Shown here: one piece after another, positions 48,463-58,049 of the stretch
Position numbering within the stretch: position 1 is the first letter of the stretch
Layout: every line of letters starts with the position of its first letter
DNA from: an uncultured Planctomycetales bacterium
Lineage (GTDB): Bacteria > Omnitrophota > Gorgyraeia > Zapsychrales > JANLHA01
Direction of reading: 5' to 3'
DNA: 64,000 nucleotides
NCBI GenBank assembly: GCA_964489065.1
Contig: CAZAXH010000003.1
Span: forward strand, 191,104-255,103
Notes under the pieces: model-generated
The model's database searches: none
What the model was told of the DNA's origin: nothing
The model's input: only the letters and a program-made list of their open reading frames with translations
Position numbers and translations under genes: made by a program

Positions 48463-49227
48463 ATGAGTGATTCCATAAAAAATAATTTATTTAGGATTCG
48501 TGATTTAGTAAAAGATGTTGACGGTTTTTTGACCAACCGGGAAGGGCAAGCGCTTTATAAGCTGGCCTCTGCGTGCCGCAACGGAGTGATTGTCGAAATA
48601 GGTTCCTGGAAAGGGAAATCAACGATTTGGTTGGGCAAGGGAGCCCGGGAAGCCGGAGCGAAAACCATTTATGCTATTGACCACCATGTCGGGTCACAAG
48701 AGCATCAGGGCGACGGATGCTCTGTCTGGACTTTCAAAGAGTTTGAAAACAATATCCGTAAGGCGGGACTCGACGATATCGTTACTCCGCTTGTTAAGAC
48801 GTCAGCGGAAGCCCGGCCCCTTGTAAACGACCCGATTGATTTGTTGTTTATTGACGGAGCGCATGATTATGACTCGGTGCAGCAGGACTTCCGGCTTTGG
48901 TTTCCCGCCGTCCGGAATCAAGGAATCGTCGCCTTTCACGACACGCCTTGGCCGGGGGTGGGGCAGGTTGTTTTTGAAGTTCTAAAGACCGGGCAGTTTT
49001 GCCGGGCTTATTTTTCCGACACGCTTTTTTTTCTCACGAAGACAGACCAGGCAAACATATTCGATAAAATTTGTAATCAAGTGATGTTTCATCTGAGTCG
49101 ATCATTTTATGCTGTTAACGCCTCTTCCCGTCCGAAGTGGTTAAGAACTTTTCAGAAGGATATTATTAAAATGTTCCGGTTCGTATTTAATCCCCGCCCG
49201 TTTGTTGGCAGAAAAAAGCCGGACTAA
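48463..49227 (+). CDS. Class I SAM-dependent (O-)methyltransferase, Methyltransf_24/CmcI-like
   Basis: VEIGSWKGKST...LLFIDGAHDYDSV. Confidence 0.7.
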   Translation: MSDSIKNNLFRIRDLVKDVDGFLTNREGQALYKLASACRNGVIVEIGSWKGKSTIWLGKGAREAGAKTIYAIDHHVGSQEHQGDGCSVWTFKEFENNIRKAGLDDIVTPLVKTSAEARPLVNDPIDLLFIDGAHDYDSVQQDFRLWFPAVRNQGIVAFHDTPWPGVGQVVFEVLKTGQFCRAYFSDTLFFLTKTDQANIFDKICNQVMFHLSRSFYAVNASSRPKWLRTFQKDIIKMFRFVFNPRPFVGRKKPD

Positions 49228-49360
49228 GAAATATTTGAAAACAAGAAGGTACGTCCCAGGGACAGCTAACAAAAAGAGTGCTTCTCCCCGTCATCGTAAT
49301 GTCCGAGCATATTTTGGGCTAGGTTTGCTGGCTCTTCGGCGTCCAAGTGCCGGGGCCGCT

Positions 49361-49400
49361 TCCTTTGCCCTGTCCCCCAGTGGGGACTGTCCCTTTTGGC
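49361..49400 (+). repeat. Degenerate partial copy (T4) of the T-module GC hairpin, at the left edge of the low-GC islet
   Basis: tcctttgccctgtcccccagtggggactgtccc against T1 tcctttgccctgtccctgaatggggccagtcccc. Confidence 0.5.
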
Positions 49401-49824
49401 TTCTTTAGATATTGATGAAGGCGCACAGGCGAGTAATAATCAAGCTCTTCGTTTAAGAGAAACTAGGATTATTGATGATCAAATGGCATATTATGAGGAT
49501 CAAGGTTTCGGTTTAAAAAATTATGATGGGATAAAAAGTTCTCATTTAGAATTTTTGGACAAATTTAACCCAAATCGGGTAGATAGAAATTATTTTAAAG
49601 TTGTTGAAACTGCTGATTATCATCAAATTTCAATAAAATATTTTAAAAATGGAACAGGAGGGGATTATACCTTTTGGAACCATGCAGTCGATAACAATGG
49701 TAGGACAGTTGGGATGTGGCACGATTTTTATAAGAATGGTCAATATTCTGGTACTTCATGGAAAATCCCAGGCCCTCAAAGACATTATTGGGCGGATGGG
49801 AGGATGAGAATTGACGGGAAATAA
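49396..49824 (+). CDS. Hypothetical protein with YwqK/MORN-like G-x-W...Y..NG repeats, in an AT-rich islet
   Basis: FWNHAVDNNGRTVGMWHDFYKNGQYSGTSWKIP...YWADGRM. Local GC is about 33%, against about 52% in the flanks. Confidence 0.4.
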   Translation: MASLDIDEGAQASNNQALRLRETRIIDDQMAYYEDQGFGLKNYDGIKSSHLEFLDKFNPNRVDRNYFKVVETADYHQISIKYFKNGTGGDYTFWNHAVDNNGRTVGMWHDFYKNGQYSGTSWKIPGPQRHYWADGRMRIDGK

Positions 49825-49826
49825 TT

Positions 49827-50207
49827 ATGCATGAAATAAAGTTGAAACAATATTTTGAAAACTCTATATCTGCAGAAGAGTTAAATATTAATTTGTTAGG
49901 GGCTGCGAAGAAAACAGCTCCTAATATGACAGGACATTATATTATTGATATGAATGAAAAATTCACTGTCACTGCAGAGCATGTTGAGAAACTATGCGTG
50001 GATGTTATAAACAGGAAGATTGATCCGGAACATCTGGAATCTATTTCTTTTTGTATTATTGCATCTGATAATTTTTTAATTGGAAATAAGTCTCCTGTAG
50101 AATTGGAAATGTTGGATATATTGCATGAATGGAGTACTCCTGTGATTAACTACCCTTTAAATATAGCTAATATTAGGTTGTGTCTAAAACGGTTAAAACG
50201 TAAATAG
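49827..50207 (+). CDS. Hypothetical protein in the AT-rich islet
   Basis: 126-aa ORF starting 3 nt after the previous stop. No recognisable domain. Confidence 0.4.
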   Translation: MHEIKLKQYFENSISAEELNINLLGAAKKTAPNMTGHYIIDMNEKFTVTAEHVEKLCVDVINRKIDPEHLESISFCIIASDNFLIGNKSPVELEMLDILHEWSTPVINYPLNIANIRLCLKRLKRK

Positions 50208-50347
50208 TGGGAGAGTTCCGGGGACACAATACTTAATTGAGGAGAAAACTGTAGATGCCCAGCCCCCAATTGGGACAGGAGAGTGAGCAGTGTCGACAAG
50301 GGATGTGATTATTTTTTGGTTGCGGTATCCCTTGTCCCCGGGTATAT

Positions 50348-51094
50348 TTACCCGTCTTTCTCAAAATCATGTACCTTTCTAAAAACGACATTGAGATAAG
50401 GCAGGAAGAATACCGTCGGGAAATTGAATTTTAGCGAGATGGCCCGCAGGATTTTTATAAAGGGATTGATTAGAAGTTTGAACTTTGGGCTGCGGGGGAT
50501 GGTTTGAAAGAATTTGTAGCCGTACCCCAATTCTTCCGAGACATCTTCGATGTTGATGGTTAATGTCCTCGGCAGCAGTTCATAATATGAGGCATTCCGC
50601 CACCCTGTTCCCGCCCGGACAAATTCAGGAAAAGTTACGTCTTTCCCCAGCTTGCCAAACAGCTTCGCATAAAAAAAGGCGTTGTGCGGTTTCATGAATT
50701 GCACAAACGGCAACCCGATGGAATGTGATTCGAGAAAATAATGTCTATTGGGGGTATCAAAAAAGCAGACCAATCCTCCTTTCTTGACTGTCCGGTAGTA
50801 CTCATCAATGTAAAAATGCCGGTTTTCATAAGGCAGGTGCTCCACAACCGCGAAGACCAGGACAATATCAAAGAAATTGTCTTCGTAAGGGAGATGAGCT
50901 GTTTTCTGCACCGAAAAGCAATCAACGCTTTTGACTTTGTCCAGCTTTAATTCCTCGACTTTAATTTTTGTGATGTCGACAAAGATTTTATCGATATCAA
51001 AAGAATAGATCTCCTTAAAGGCGGGAGTTTCGTTGAGCAGTTCAGTGAAATGCCCGGTCGAGCAGCCTACCTCCAGGATGCGAAGCCCCGTCAG
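50348..51094 (-). CDS. Class I SAM-dependent methyltransferase with a non-canonical or missing start codon
   Basis: The minus-strand frame, open to 51142, encodes KKLTGLRILEVGCSTGHFTELL (motif I) through DIVLVFAVVEHLP. The tabulated ORF starts only at an internal GTG at 50911. No ATG, GTG or TTG lies upstream of motif I, so the start is uncertain or the gene is a pseudogene. Confidence 0.55.
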   Translation of the reverse strand: MTGLRILEVGCSTGHFTELLNETPAFKEIYSFDIDKIFVDITKIKVEELKLDKVKSVDCFSVQKTAHLPYEDNFFDIVLVFAVVEHLPYENRHFYIDEYYRTVKKGGLVCFFDTPNRHYFLESHSIGLPFVQFMKPHNAFFYAKLFGKLGKDVTFPEFVRAGTGWRNASYYELLPRTLTINIEDVSEELGYGYKFFQTIPRSPKFKLLINPFIKILRAISLKFNFPTVFFLPYLNVVFRKVHDFEKDG

Positions 51095-51213
51095 TTTTTT
51101 CTCTTTTAAATAATTAAAAAGAGGAGTTAAGAACTTGTTTCTTTAACTGATATTAATATAAAATGAAAATCCGGACCATGTTTTATCTGTGCGTATCTTT
51201 GTAGCCTTTATTC

Positions 51214-51290
51214 TGTGGGGACTATCTGTAACCTTCTGCGATTGATTCATTGCAGGGGGTTTTTATTTGGGGTAGAATGGAAAAGATTTC
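51214..51290 (+). repeat. Partial intergenic repeat module T3 (terminator half plus ggtagaatg box) just upstream of lepB
   Basis: ggggactatctgtaaccttctgcgattgattcattgcaggggg-tttttatttgg-ggtagaatgg. Compare T1 ctatctgtaacctaaccccctgctattgagagattgcagggggtttttgtttgaggtagaatga. Confidence 0.7.
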
Positions 51291-51305
51291 TGAACGGAGT
51301 TTTAC

Positions 51306-52133
51306 GTGGGAAAATCGCAACCTAAAGATCCTTTCATCGCCCTCATGTTCTCTTTCATTTTTCCCGGGTTCGGGCAGATATACTCCGGGAGAATCAAAAG
51401 AGGTGTTTTCTTTTCATTAGCGCATTTGAATTTTATCCTGGCCCTGCTGCTGGTTATCTTTCATCCCACGAAGAAATTAAATCATCATATTTTGTCCCCC
51501 GTTTTTCTCTTTGTCCTTTTTGAGACTTTTGTGGTCCTGGACGCGTATCTTTACACCAAAAATTTGAAGTACCCCTTTAAGAAAACGTTTGTCCGGGTCG
51601 TCCTGATCCCTCTCGCCACCGTGATTTTCGTGCTTGTTTTTAATTTGAACATTCTTTTGGCGGAAATCGTGAACAAATTTATTGTGCTGGCGCCCAGGAT
51701 CGTGTCGAATTCCATGAGCCCCGTGTTGGTGGAAGGGGATTGGTTTCTGGTGAACAGATTCCGGTATTTGGCGGGGGCGCCGGAACGGGGGGATATTGTG
51801 TTTTTCGTCTTCCCGAAAGACAAAAGCAGGGTTGTCGTCAAAAGACTGATTGCCAAGGAGGGCGAGTCCGTTGAAATCAAAGACGGCCGTATTTATGTCG
51901 ATGACCAGCTCGTGGCAACTCCCGGCATAGCGGATATTTATTACTTCAATGGGGGCGACTTCGGCCGGGCTAATCAGGTGATAAACGTGCCGCAGGGCCA
52001 ATACTATGTTCTCGGTGATTACAGCGAGAAAAGCACGGACAGCCGTTTTTGGGGATTTGTCCCGAGAAAAAATATTATCGGGAAAGCTTATAAGATAGTT
52101 TATCCTTTTGAGCGGTCCGGATTTATTCAATGA
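51306..52133 (+). CDS. lepB: Signal peptidase I (S26 family) with an extended multi-TM N-terminus
   Basis: SNSMSPVLVEGDWFLVNR has the catalytic Ser. VVKRLIAKEGESV has the catalytic Lys. GDYSEKSTDSRFWGFVP is box E. Confidence 0.85.
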   Translation: MGKSQPKDPFIALMFSFIFPGFGQIYSGRIKRGVFFSLAHLNFILALLLVIFHPTKKLNHHILSPVFLFVLFETFVVLDAYLYTKNLKYPFKKTFVRVVLIPLATVIFVLVFNLNILLAEIVNKFIVLAPRIVSNSMSPVLVEGDWFLVNRFRYLAGAPERGDIVFFVFPKDKSRVVVKRLIAKEGESVEIKDGRIYVDDQLVATPGIADIYYFNGGDFGRANQVINVPQGQYYVLGDYSEKSTDSRFWGFVPRKNIIGKAYKIVYPFERSGFIQ

Positions 52134-52250
52134 GCATTTAGTTTACACGACCCAAGGGAGTGTAAACTAGAAATGCGAATTGATCCTGCGCGAGAGAGCT
52201 AAAGCGAACGAGCCGCAGGATGCTGGTTTACTCCTGATTCAGGGAAAGGA
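52126..52250 (+). ncRNA. Structured intergenic repeat element, copy 2 (module A complete, module B truncated). It overlaps the lepB stop codon
   Basis: tttattcaaTGAgcattta-gtttacac-gacccaaggga-gtgtaaac-tagaaatgcgaatt-gatcctgcg...ccgcaggat-gctggtttactcc. Confidence 0.6.
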
Positions 52251-52255
52251 ATGCC

Positions 52256-53548
52256 GTGGGCCTTAACGCGGTCTTAACAAAATCCTTGCGAAGCTGGCTT
52301 TCCGGCCGGGAAAGCAGATATGTGTTTCAGAAATTTGATCCGGCCGCGGATGCGTTTTCGTTCCCGCCGCAAGGCGGGCTGTATCTTCACATACCCTTTT
52401 GCAGGAATCTGTGCCCGTATTGCCCTTATTTCAGGATTCCCTATGAAACGGAAAAGGCGCGGCAATATAAGGAGGCGGTGCGGAAAGAAATCCGACTCTA
52501 TGGCCGGATGCTCCCGGGCGCCCGCTTCACCTCTTTGTACATCGGCGGGGGCACGCCGACATTAATGATCGATGAGCTGTCTGAAATTATAGCGGAGATA
52601 AAAAAGAATTTCGATTTTGACGGGCCGATCGGACTGGAGACTTCGCCCGGAGATATCACCGAAACCAATTTAGCCAAGTTGCGGGCTTTGGGCGTGAACC
52701 TGTTGAGTGTCGGCGTGCAGAGTTTTCAGGACAGGTTCCTGCACCGCATCGGAAGGAATTACGGCGGGGAGGAGGTGACCCGGGCCCTGCAGGCGCTGAA
52801 GAAGTTCAAATTTGACACGGTTAATTTCGACCTGATTTTTGTGTTGCCCCGGCAAACGATGCGCGACCTGGAAGACGACATCCGTAAAGCGCTTGCCTTC
52901 CGCCCGGACCAGATAACCTGGTATCCTTTGTTCACTTTTCCCTACACTTCCATCGGAGAGTATAAAAAATTGAAGGGCTTAAAACTCCCGAACGTGTTTA
53001 AACGGAGGACGATGTATTACCGTATTTATGACGTCCTTTCGCGGGAAGGCTACGCGCCGACCTCGGTCTGGTCGTTTAACCGGAAAGGCACGGCGCCCTA
53101 TTCTTCCGTGACCCGGGATTTTTTTCTCGGGCTGGGGGCGGGGGCCGGAACGTATACCAGGGAAGGTTTCTATTTCAATATTTTTTCCGTGGAGCATTAT
53201 AACGCGTTTTTAAACCGGGACAACCGTTTGCCGTTGGCCCTGAAGATGAACGTCTCCGAACGGATGGCGAAACTGTTCTGGCTTTACTGGCGTTTTTATG
53301 AAACGAAAATCCCCTTTGCGGAGTATCGCAGTCTTTTCGGGCGGGATTTGGAAGAAGATTTTGCCGCGGTTTTCAAAATCGTTAAGTTGTTGAGCCTGGC
53401 TGACGAACAGAAGGGGCCGGTGTTAAGCCTGAACAAGGCCGGCTCGCATTGGATTCACTTGTTGCAGAACTATTTCGCTTTGAATTATGTCAGCAAAATC
53501 TGGAAGATATGCAAGGACGACCCGCTGCCCCGGCAGATCGCGATTTAA
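52256..53548 (+). CDS. Radical SAM protein of the HemN/HemW (coproporphyrinogen-III oxidase-like) family
   Basis: LYLHIPFCRNLCPYCPYF (Cx3Cx2C), GGGTPT, and a HemN_C-like C-terminal domain. Confidence 0.75.
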   Translation: MGLNAVLTKSLRSWLSGRESRYVFQKFDPAADAFSFPPQGGLYLHIPFCRNLCPYCPYFRIPYETEKARQYKEAVRKEIRLYGRMLPGARFTSLYIGGGTPTLMIDELSEIIAEIKKNFDFDGPIGLETSPGDITETNLAKLRALGVNLLSVGVQSFQDRFLHRIGRNYGGEEVTRALQALKKFKFDTVNFDLIFVLPRQTMRDLEDDIRKALAFRPDQITWYPLFTFPYTSIGEYKKLKGLKLPNVFKRRTMYYRIYDVLSREGYAPTSVWSFNRKGTAPYSSVTRDFFLGLGAGAGTYTREGFYFNIFSVEHYNAFLNRDNRLPLALKMNVSERMAKLFWLYWRFYETKIPFAEYRSLFGRDLEEDFAAVFKIVKLLSLADEQKGPVLSLNKAGSHWIHLLQNYFALNYVSKIWKICKDDPLPRQIAI

Positions 53549-53549
53549 T

Positions 53550-54449
53550 ATGGTCATAAAGAAAATTTTGTATTACATGAAGTGGTACGTGAGGTGCCGG
53601 ATATTCGTGGAAAAGGTCCCTTTAAACAGCTCGATTATTCTGACGGATAAATGTAATCTCAGCTGCCGGCACTGCGTCGTGGCTCACCTGGGCTATGACG
53701 ATCAAAGCTTCGGGCAGGTTCGGGAGGACATTGAAAAGCTGTATCTTTCCGGTTCGCGCGTGCTTGTCATAACCGGAGGGGAACCGTTTCTGTGGCGGGA
53801 TAAAAATTTTTTTATTGAAGATGTTGTTCAATACGCGAAAAATTTGGGGTTCTTCCGCGTCGTTATCTGCACAAACGGCACGTTCCCCCTGGAATCCAAG
53901 GCCGACTATCTTTGGGTCAGCCTGGATGGATTCCCGAAAGAACACAATTTGATGCGGGGGGATATTTATTCCCAGGTGGTTCATAACATTGTCACATCGA
54001 CCCATAGAAGAATTTATGTCAATTTTACTGTCAGCCGTGTGAATGCCGGCGGTTTTGAAAAGGCCGCCGGGAGGATTTTTAAACTCAAGAATGTCCGCGG
54101 CATTTTATTCCATTTGTTTACCCCGTATTTAGGCTCGGAGAAAAATTTAATGCTCAATGCCGCGGAGAGGGCTGAGGTCATTCAGAAAATTTATGCGATC
54201 AAAAAAAGCCATCCCTGGAAAGTCTTTAACACTTTTGACGGCATTAAAGCCTTGAGGCACGGGCATTGGTCCCGGCGGGTCTGGGGCAGCCTGACCATCA
54301 ATCAGGGGGAGCTGGTCCATTGTTGCTGCCGGAAAGGGATTTATGACGGGGCCGTATGTGAAAATTGCGGATGCACGCCGGCCGTGGAAACCTGGGTTTT
54401 GCAGACAGCTAAACCGCTGGCGCTGTTGGAAAACCTGAGATTCCTTTAG
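53550..54449 (+). CDS. Radical SAM protein with C-terminal Cys-rich SPASM/twitch-like region
   Basis: LTDKCNLSCRHC (Cx3Cx2C) and a C-terminal HCCCRKGIYDGAVCENCGC. ATG at 53550, directly after the upstream stop. Confidence 0.65.
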   Translation: MVIKKILYYMKWYVRCRIFVEKVPLNSSIILTDKCNLSCRHCVVAHLGYDDQSFGQVREDIEKLYLSGSRVLVITGGEPFLWRDKNFFIEDVVQYAKNLGFFRVVICTNGTFPLESKADYLWVSLDGFPKEHNLMRGDIYSQVVHNIVTSTHRRIYVNFTVSRVNAGGFEKAAGRIFKLKNVRGILFHLFTPYLGSEKNLMLNAAERAEVIQKIYAIKKSHPWKVFNTFDGIKALRHGHWSRRVWGSLTINQGELVHCCCRKGIYDGAVCENCGCTPAVETWVLQTAKPLALLENLRFL

Positions 54450-54520
54450 CTCCCTGTGCGCCAATATTTTTGATTAATTAATTGCGGGGAACTTTTTGAT
54501 GGGTGTAAAATGAGAACGTT

Positions 54521-54586
54521 TGCTTTACTACCCCGCAACTTGCTGCGGTCCATTGAGTTCAGGGCTTGCTTTGGGGTTCATATCTT
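54521..54586 (+). repeat. Partial copy of the structured repeat element, module B only
   Basis: tttactaccccgcaacttgctgcggtccattgagttcagggcttgctttgggg. Confidence 0.55.
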
Positions 54587-54665
54587 TGATTAATATGTGA
54601 GTTCCCGTAATTTCTTATCGTAGTTTTGTTATAAACAGCAGGCCAACTTTGGGTGGAGGTGGGTC

Positions 54666-55220
54666 ATGAAGAGTCCAGGAAGACTTGGTTTATGTTTCGT
54701 TGTGTTTTTGCTGGGATGGGCGGCCGCGGGGGCGGCCAATGAAATTAAAGTTGATGTCAGGGGGGATGTTTATGACCAGAACGGCGAATATTTTCTGGAT
54801 TTTAGCCAGATCCCGTCAAAAATCAAAGCGTTGAGCGAATCCATCCCTGAAAAAGCCGAATATGAGTCTGATGAGCAATACGCCGCGAGAATACAACCTT
54901 ATGAAGATAAACTGCAAGAGTTGTATGATACGGAATACAGTGTCACCTTGGCCCCCAATTCTTCTTTTTTCAGCCAGTCGTACGATATGTACCTTTTTGT
55001 TCTGCAGTTTCCGTTCCCGATTTATAGAAAGGACGATTTTATCAGCACGCAATCCATAGAATACGCTTATGAAGTTTCACCGGAAGCGATGAGAACCCTG
55101 GCCGGGGAGAAAATCGACGCGAAAATTAAAATTTATTTTAAAATTTTGCGCGACAATACCACTACAATAACAAAAACAATCCTGATATTTAATAATAAAA
55201 AGATGCATCAATGGGAATAA
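54666..55220 (+). CDS. Hypothetical secreted protein
   Basis: Signal peptide (LGWAAAGAANE). No recognisable domain. Confidence 0.45.
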   Translation: MKSPGRLGLCFVVFLLGWAAAGAANEIKVDVRGDVYDQNGEYFLDFSQIPSKIKALSESIPEKAEYESDEQYAARIQPYEDKLQELYDTEYSVTLAPNSSFFSQSYDMYLFVLQFPFPIYRKDDFISTQSIEYAYEVSPEAMRTLAGEKIDAKIKIYFKILRDNTTTITKTILIFNNKKMHQWE

Positions 55221-55280
55221 ATGAAATAGACGGTGGGGGCCGGCTATTGTGTTGATTAAAAACAGGATCAAGGAGGGACC

Positions 55281-57143
55281 ATGAAGAAAATATTTTTTTT
55301 GGTCGTTTCGCTGTTAATGATCGCAGCTTCCGCTTTTGCCGCACCAGTGGTTTTTTTTGACGACATCCCTTCGGGGAGAAACACGTTTGACTCCGATATT
55401 TCATCTGTTGGGGGGACCCAAACGAATGACGCCTTGTCCGGGCTGGCAACGGGAACGAATTCCTGGAGCCGGACGGGGTACACCATAACGTCGACAAACG
55501 CGGCCAACAGAGCCGTTGACACGACGTATTTGGCCACGCCCCAGCCCGGGAGCATCCCCGGCGGGGATGCCATCCAAATGACTGCGGACGGAACCACCAC
55601 GTCCGGATTGACGTTTACCTTCTCTTCTCCCATCAATGGATTTGGCATTGATTTTGGCGATTGGGGCACCTGCTGCTACCCTTCGACTATTTATATCTGC
55701 TTTGACGGCGGAGCGCCGATTGCCATCGGGACGGCGAACGCGACAACGGATAACCCGGGCTTCGCCACGTATGGGGTGTTTGAAAATTTTATCGGTAGCA
55801 TTGACGATTCCGGGACGTTTTCAGTCGTTACGCTTTACGGTACCGGGACCGGTGATGTCCTCTACGCCGGAGGCGTTATCCGTTATGCGGTCGTGCCAAT
55901 CGGCTCTATTTCGTCCCCGACCACCTCTCCGACTTACCCCACGACGGTCAGCACCAGGCCGGTGAGCCCCTTGGCCGATTATCTCGACGCGTACGACGGC
56001 AGCGGGACGTTGCACACGGTGGGTACGACCCTGGACGGGTATTCCGAATCAGAAGTGGAAGAATCCCTGAAACACATTTTCCCTGTTGACAGCGTTTCAA
56101 GCGCCCACGCCACGATAGCCAATATACAGAACGTCAATTCGCTTGTTCACGATAAGATCGGCACTGTTTTAGGTGGCATGAACGCGGGCTCGAATTTCAA
56201 CCAGGCGCTTAACCCGTATGCCGATCCATATGGCCTATCCCAAACAGAGGTGAACTTTGAATCGTTCATGCAGGCGCTGTCGAGTGTCGATTATAAACAA
56301 TTTGAAAAAGGCGAAAGAGGGGTGTGGATTCAGGGGATGTTCGGGGGCAGTCATGGCGAGCGCACCGATTTCAGCAATGGGTATAATGCCGAAAAGTACG
56401 GCGTTTTGGCCGGGTATGAGTTTGCCGTTGATTCCAGGCACCTTCTGGGGGTTTACGCCAACAGTCTTTTTTCCGAAATCGACCTGACCCAGAACGCGGG
56501 TACAACGGAAATAAAAGATTATGTCTTCGGCGTATACGGCCAGAAAATTATGGGCGGATATAAGCTGTCGTCGACGATAGGCGGCGGAATCGCTAAATAT
56601 GACTCCATCAGGAACGTTGTCGTGGGAGCTGTCTCCGGAAGCCCCGAGGCCGAGTATGACGGCAATCATTTTTCGACCACTCTTTCCGTCAGCCGGTTAT
56701 TCGAGCAGCAAAGCGTCCAAGTGGAGCCGTTCTTGCAGACAGGATATCTTTACAATAAAACGGATGGGTATACGGAATTCAACGGGGGATCGTTTAATAT
56801 GCAGGTTGATGAAAATTCTTTCGCACAGATGAACATCAAAGCCGGGGTGGCGTTGAAAAAGGATTTTCAGGCGAATTTAAAGACGGTTTCCCTCAAGCTG
56901 CGCCCGTTCATTAATCACGTTTTTGAAGTTAAGGACAGCGATGATATTAACGTCAGGTTCATTGGGGCTTCAACTCAGACGACAATCAAAGGCCGGGACT
57001 CGTCCGTTACGGAAAAAGGGGCCAACTTTGAGCTGAGTTGCCAGATCAGTCCTGCTTGGGGTTTCAAGGGCTTTATGGATTACTCTTCTGATAAATATGA
57101 AGAACGATATATGGGGTTTTTAGAGGTTAATACCAAGTTTTAA
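55281..57143 (+). CDS. Autotransporter-like outer-membrane protein (Thr/Gly-rich passenger plus C-terminal beta-barrel translocator)
   Basis: Signal peptide. A passenger region rich in G/T/S/A with beta-solenoid-like composition. The C-terminal ~270 aa consist of alternating amphipathic strands and end in ...FLEVNTKF, with a terminal aromatic residue. Confidence 0.6.
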   Translation: MKKIFFLVVSLLMIAASAFAAPVVFFDDIPSGRNTFDSDISSVGGTQTNDALSGLATGTNSWSRTGYTITSTNAANRAVDTTYLATPQPGSIPGGDAIQMTADGTTTSGLTFTFSSPINGFGIDFGDWGTCCYPSTIYICFDGGAPIAIGTANATTDNPGFATYGVFENFIGSIDDSGTFSVVTLYGTGTGDVLYAGGVIRYAVVPIGSISSPTTSPTYPTTVSTRPVSPLADYLDAYDGSGTLHTVGTTLDGYSESEVEESLKHIFPVDSVSSAHATIANIQNVNSLVHDKIGTVLGGMNAGSNFNQALNPYADPYGLSQTEVNFESFMQALSSVDYKQFEKGERGVWIQGMFGGSHGERTDFSNGYNAEKYGVLAGYEFAVDSRHLLGVYANSLFSEIDLTQNAGTTEIKDYVFGVYGQKIMGGYKLSSTIGGGIAKYDSIRNVVVGAVSGSPEAEYDGNHFSTTLSVSRLFEQQSVQVEPFLQTGYLYNKTDGYTEFNGGSFNMQVDENSFAQMNIKAGVALKKDFQANLKTVSLKLRPFINHVFEVKDSDDINVRFIGASTQTTIKGRDSSVTEKGANFELSCQISPAWGFKGFMDYSSDKYEERYMGFLEVNTKF

Positions 57144-57160
57144 CGGTTCGTCCTTGCGGA

Positions 57161-57712
57161 ATGATGAAACGAACGTTGCGTTTTTGGTCGATTTTCTCGG
57201 TTCTTGTCCTGGGGGCGGCGTCCGCCCAGGCGACCATGTTCTGGCGGCCGGCCGAAGCCGCCATGGGGAGGGTGTATGAAATCCTCGAACCGGAAACGCC
57301 GGACATATCGCTGCCCGGCGGCCTTTCGGAAGATATCCGCGCCCGGATTCAAAAAAGCGGCCGGGGCATGCCGTTAGGCCCGGCCGAATACCCGTCCGAG
57401 CGATTGTCGACGCTCGCCTGGGAAGCTCTTGAGGCGCGGGATGTCCCCAAAGTGGAAGCGGCGGTCTTTTGGTGCCTGGAGATTTACGGAGAAGAAGCCA
57501 GAAGGCTGCAGGCGGAATTTGAGGCGGATGACATGAAATATCTCAATGCCCTGCAGCCTTATTTGAAGCCTATGCGGCCGCTGGTTTATGTCGGGGAAGC
57601 CCTGTTCGCTTTAGGCGAGGCTTACCGCCGGGTCGGCCGGGAGGAAGAAGCCCTGTTCGTGTACAGCGAATTGATCCATAAATATTATCTTTCCGCCTCT
57701 GAAAGGCGTTAA
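57161..57712 (+). CDS. Hypothetical secreted protein
   Basis: Signal peptide (VLVLGAASAQA). Helical, TPR-like composition. Confidence 0.4.
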   Translation: MMKRTLRFWSIFSVLVLGAASAQATMFWRPAEAAMGRVYEILEPETPDISLPGGLSEDIRARIQKSGRGMPLGPAEYPSERLSTLAWEALEARDVPKVEAAVFWCLEIYGEEARRLQAEFEADDMKYLNALQPYLKPMRPLVYVGEALFALGEAYRRVGREEEALFVYSELIHKYYLSASERR

Positions 57713-58049
57713 CAGTCTGCTGAAAAATCCTGAATTTGCCGCTTTGAAGCCTAAGGGGCCGAGAACATCGGCGATAAGATTTTGACCATGCCTGTGTCTG
57801 GGGCAAAGAAGAGACTTCTTCAGCAGGCAGCCAAGAGCCGTAAAGACTTTAAAAGAACATCCTTATTTTTGTGAGCTTGCGATAGGGGCCATGACTTTTC
57901 ATCTGGTAATCCCGCTGCTTACAGAGTAAGGATTTTTTTATCCGCCATGTTAGATTTTGGGCAAAGCAACGTCAATATTAGTAGAAGACAGGGACACTTT
58001 TTTCATTCCATTGTGATTCAATTTTATGACTAGTATAGGGAGGTGCCGT

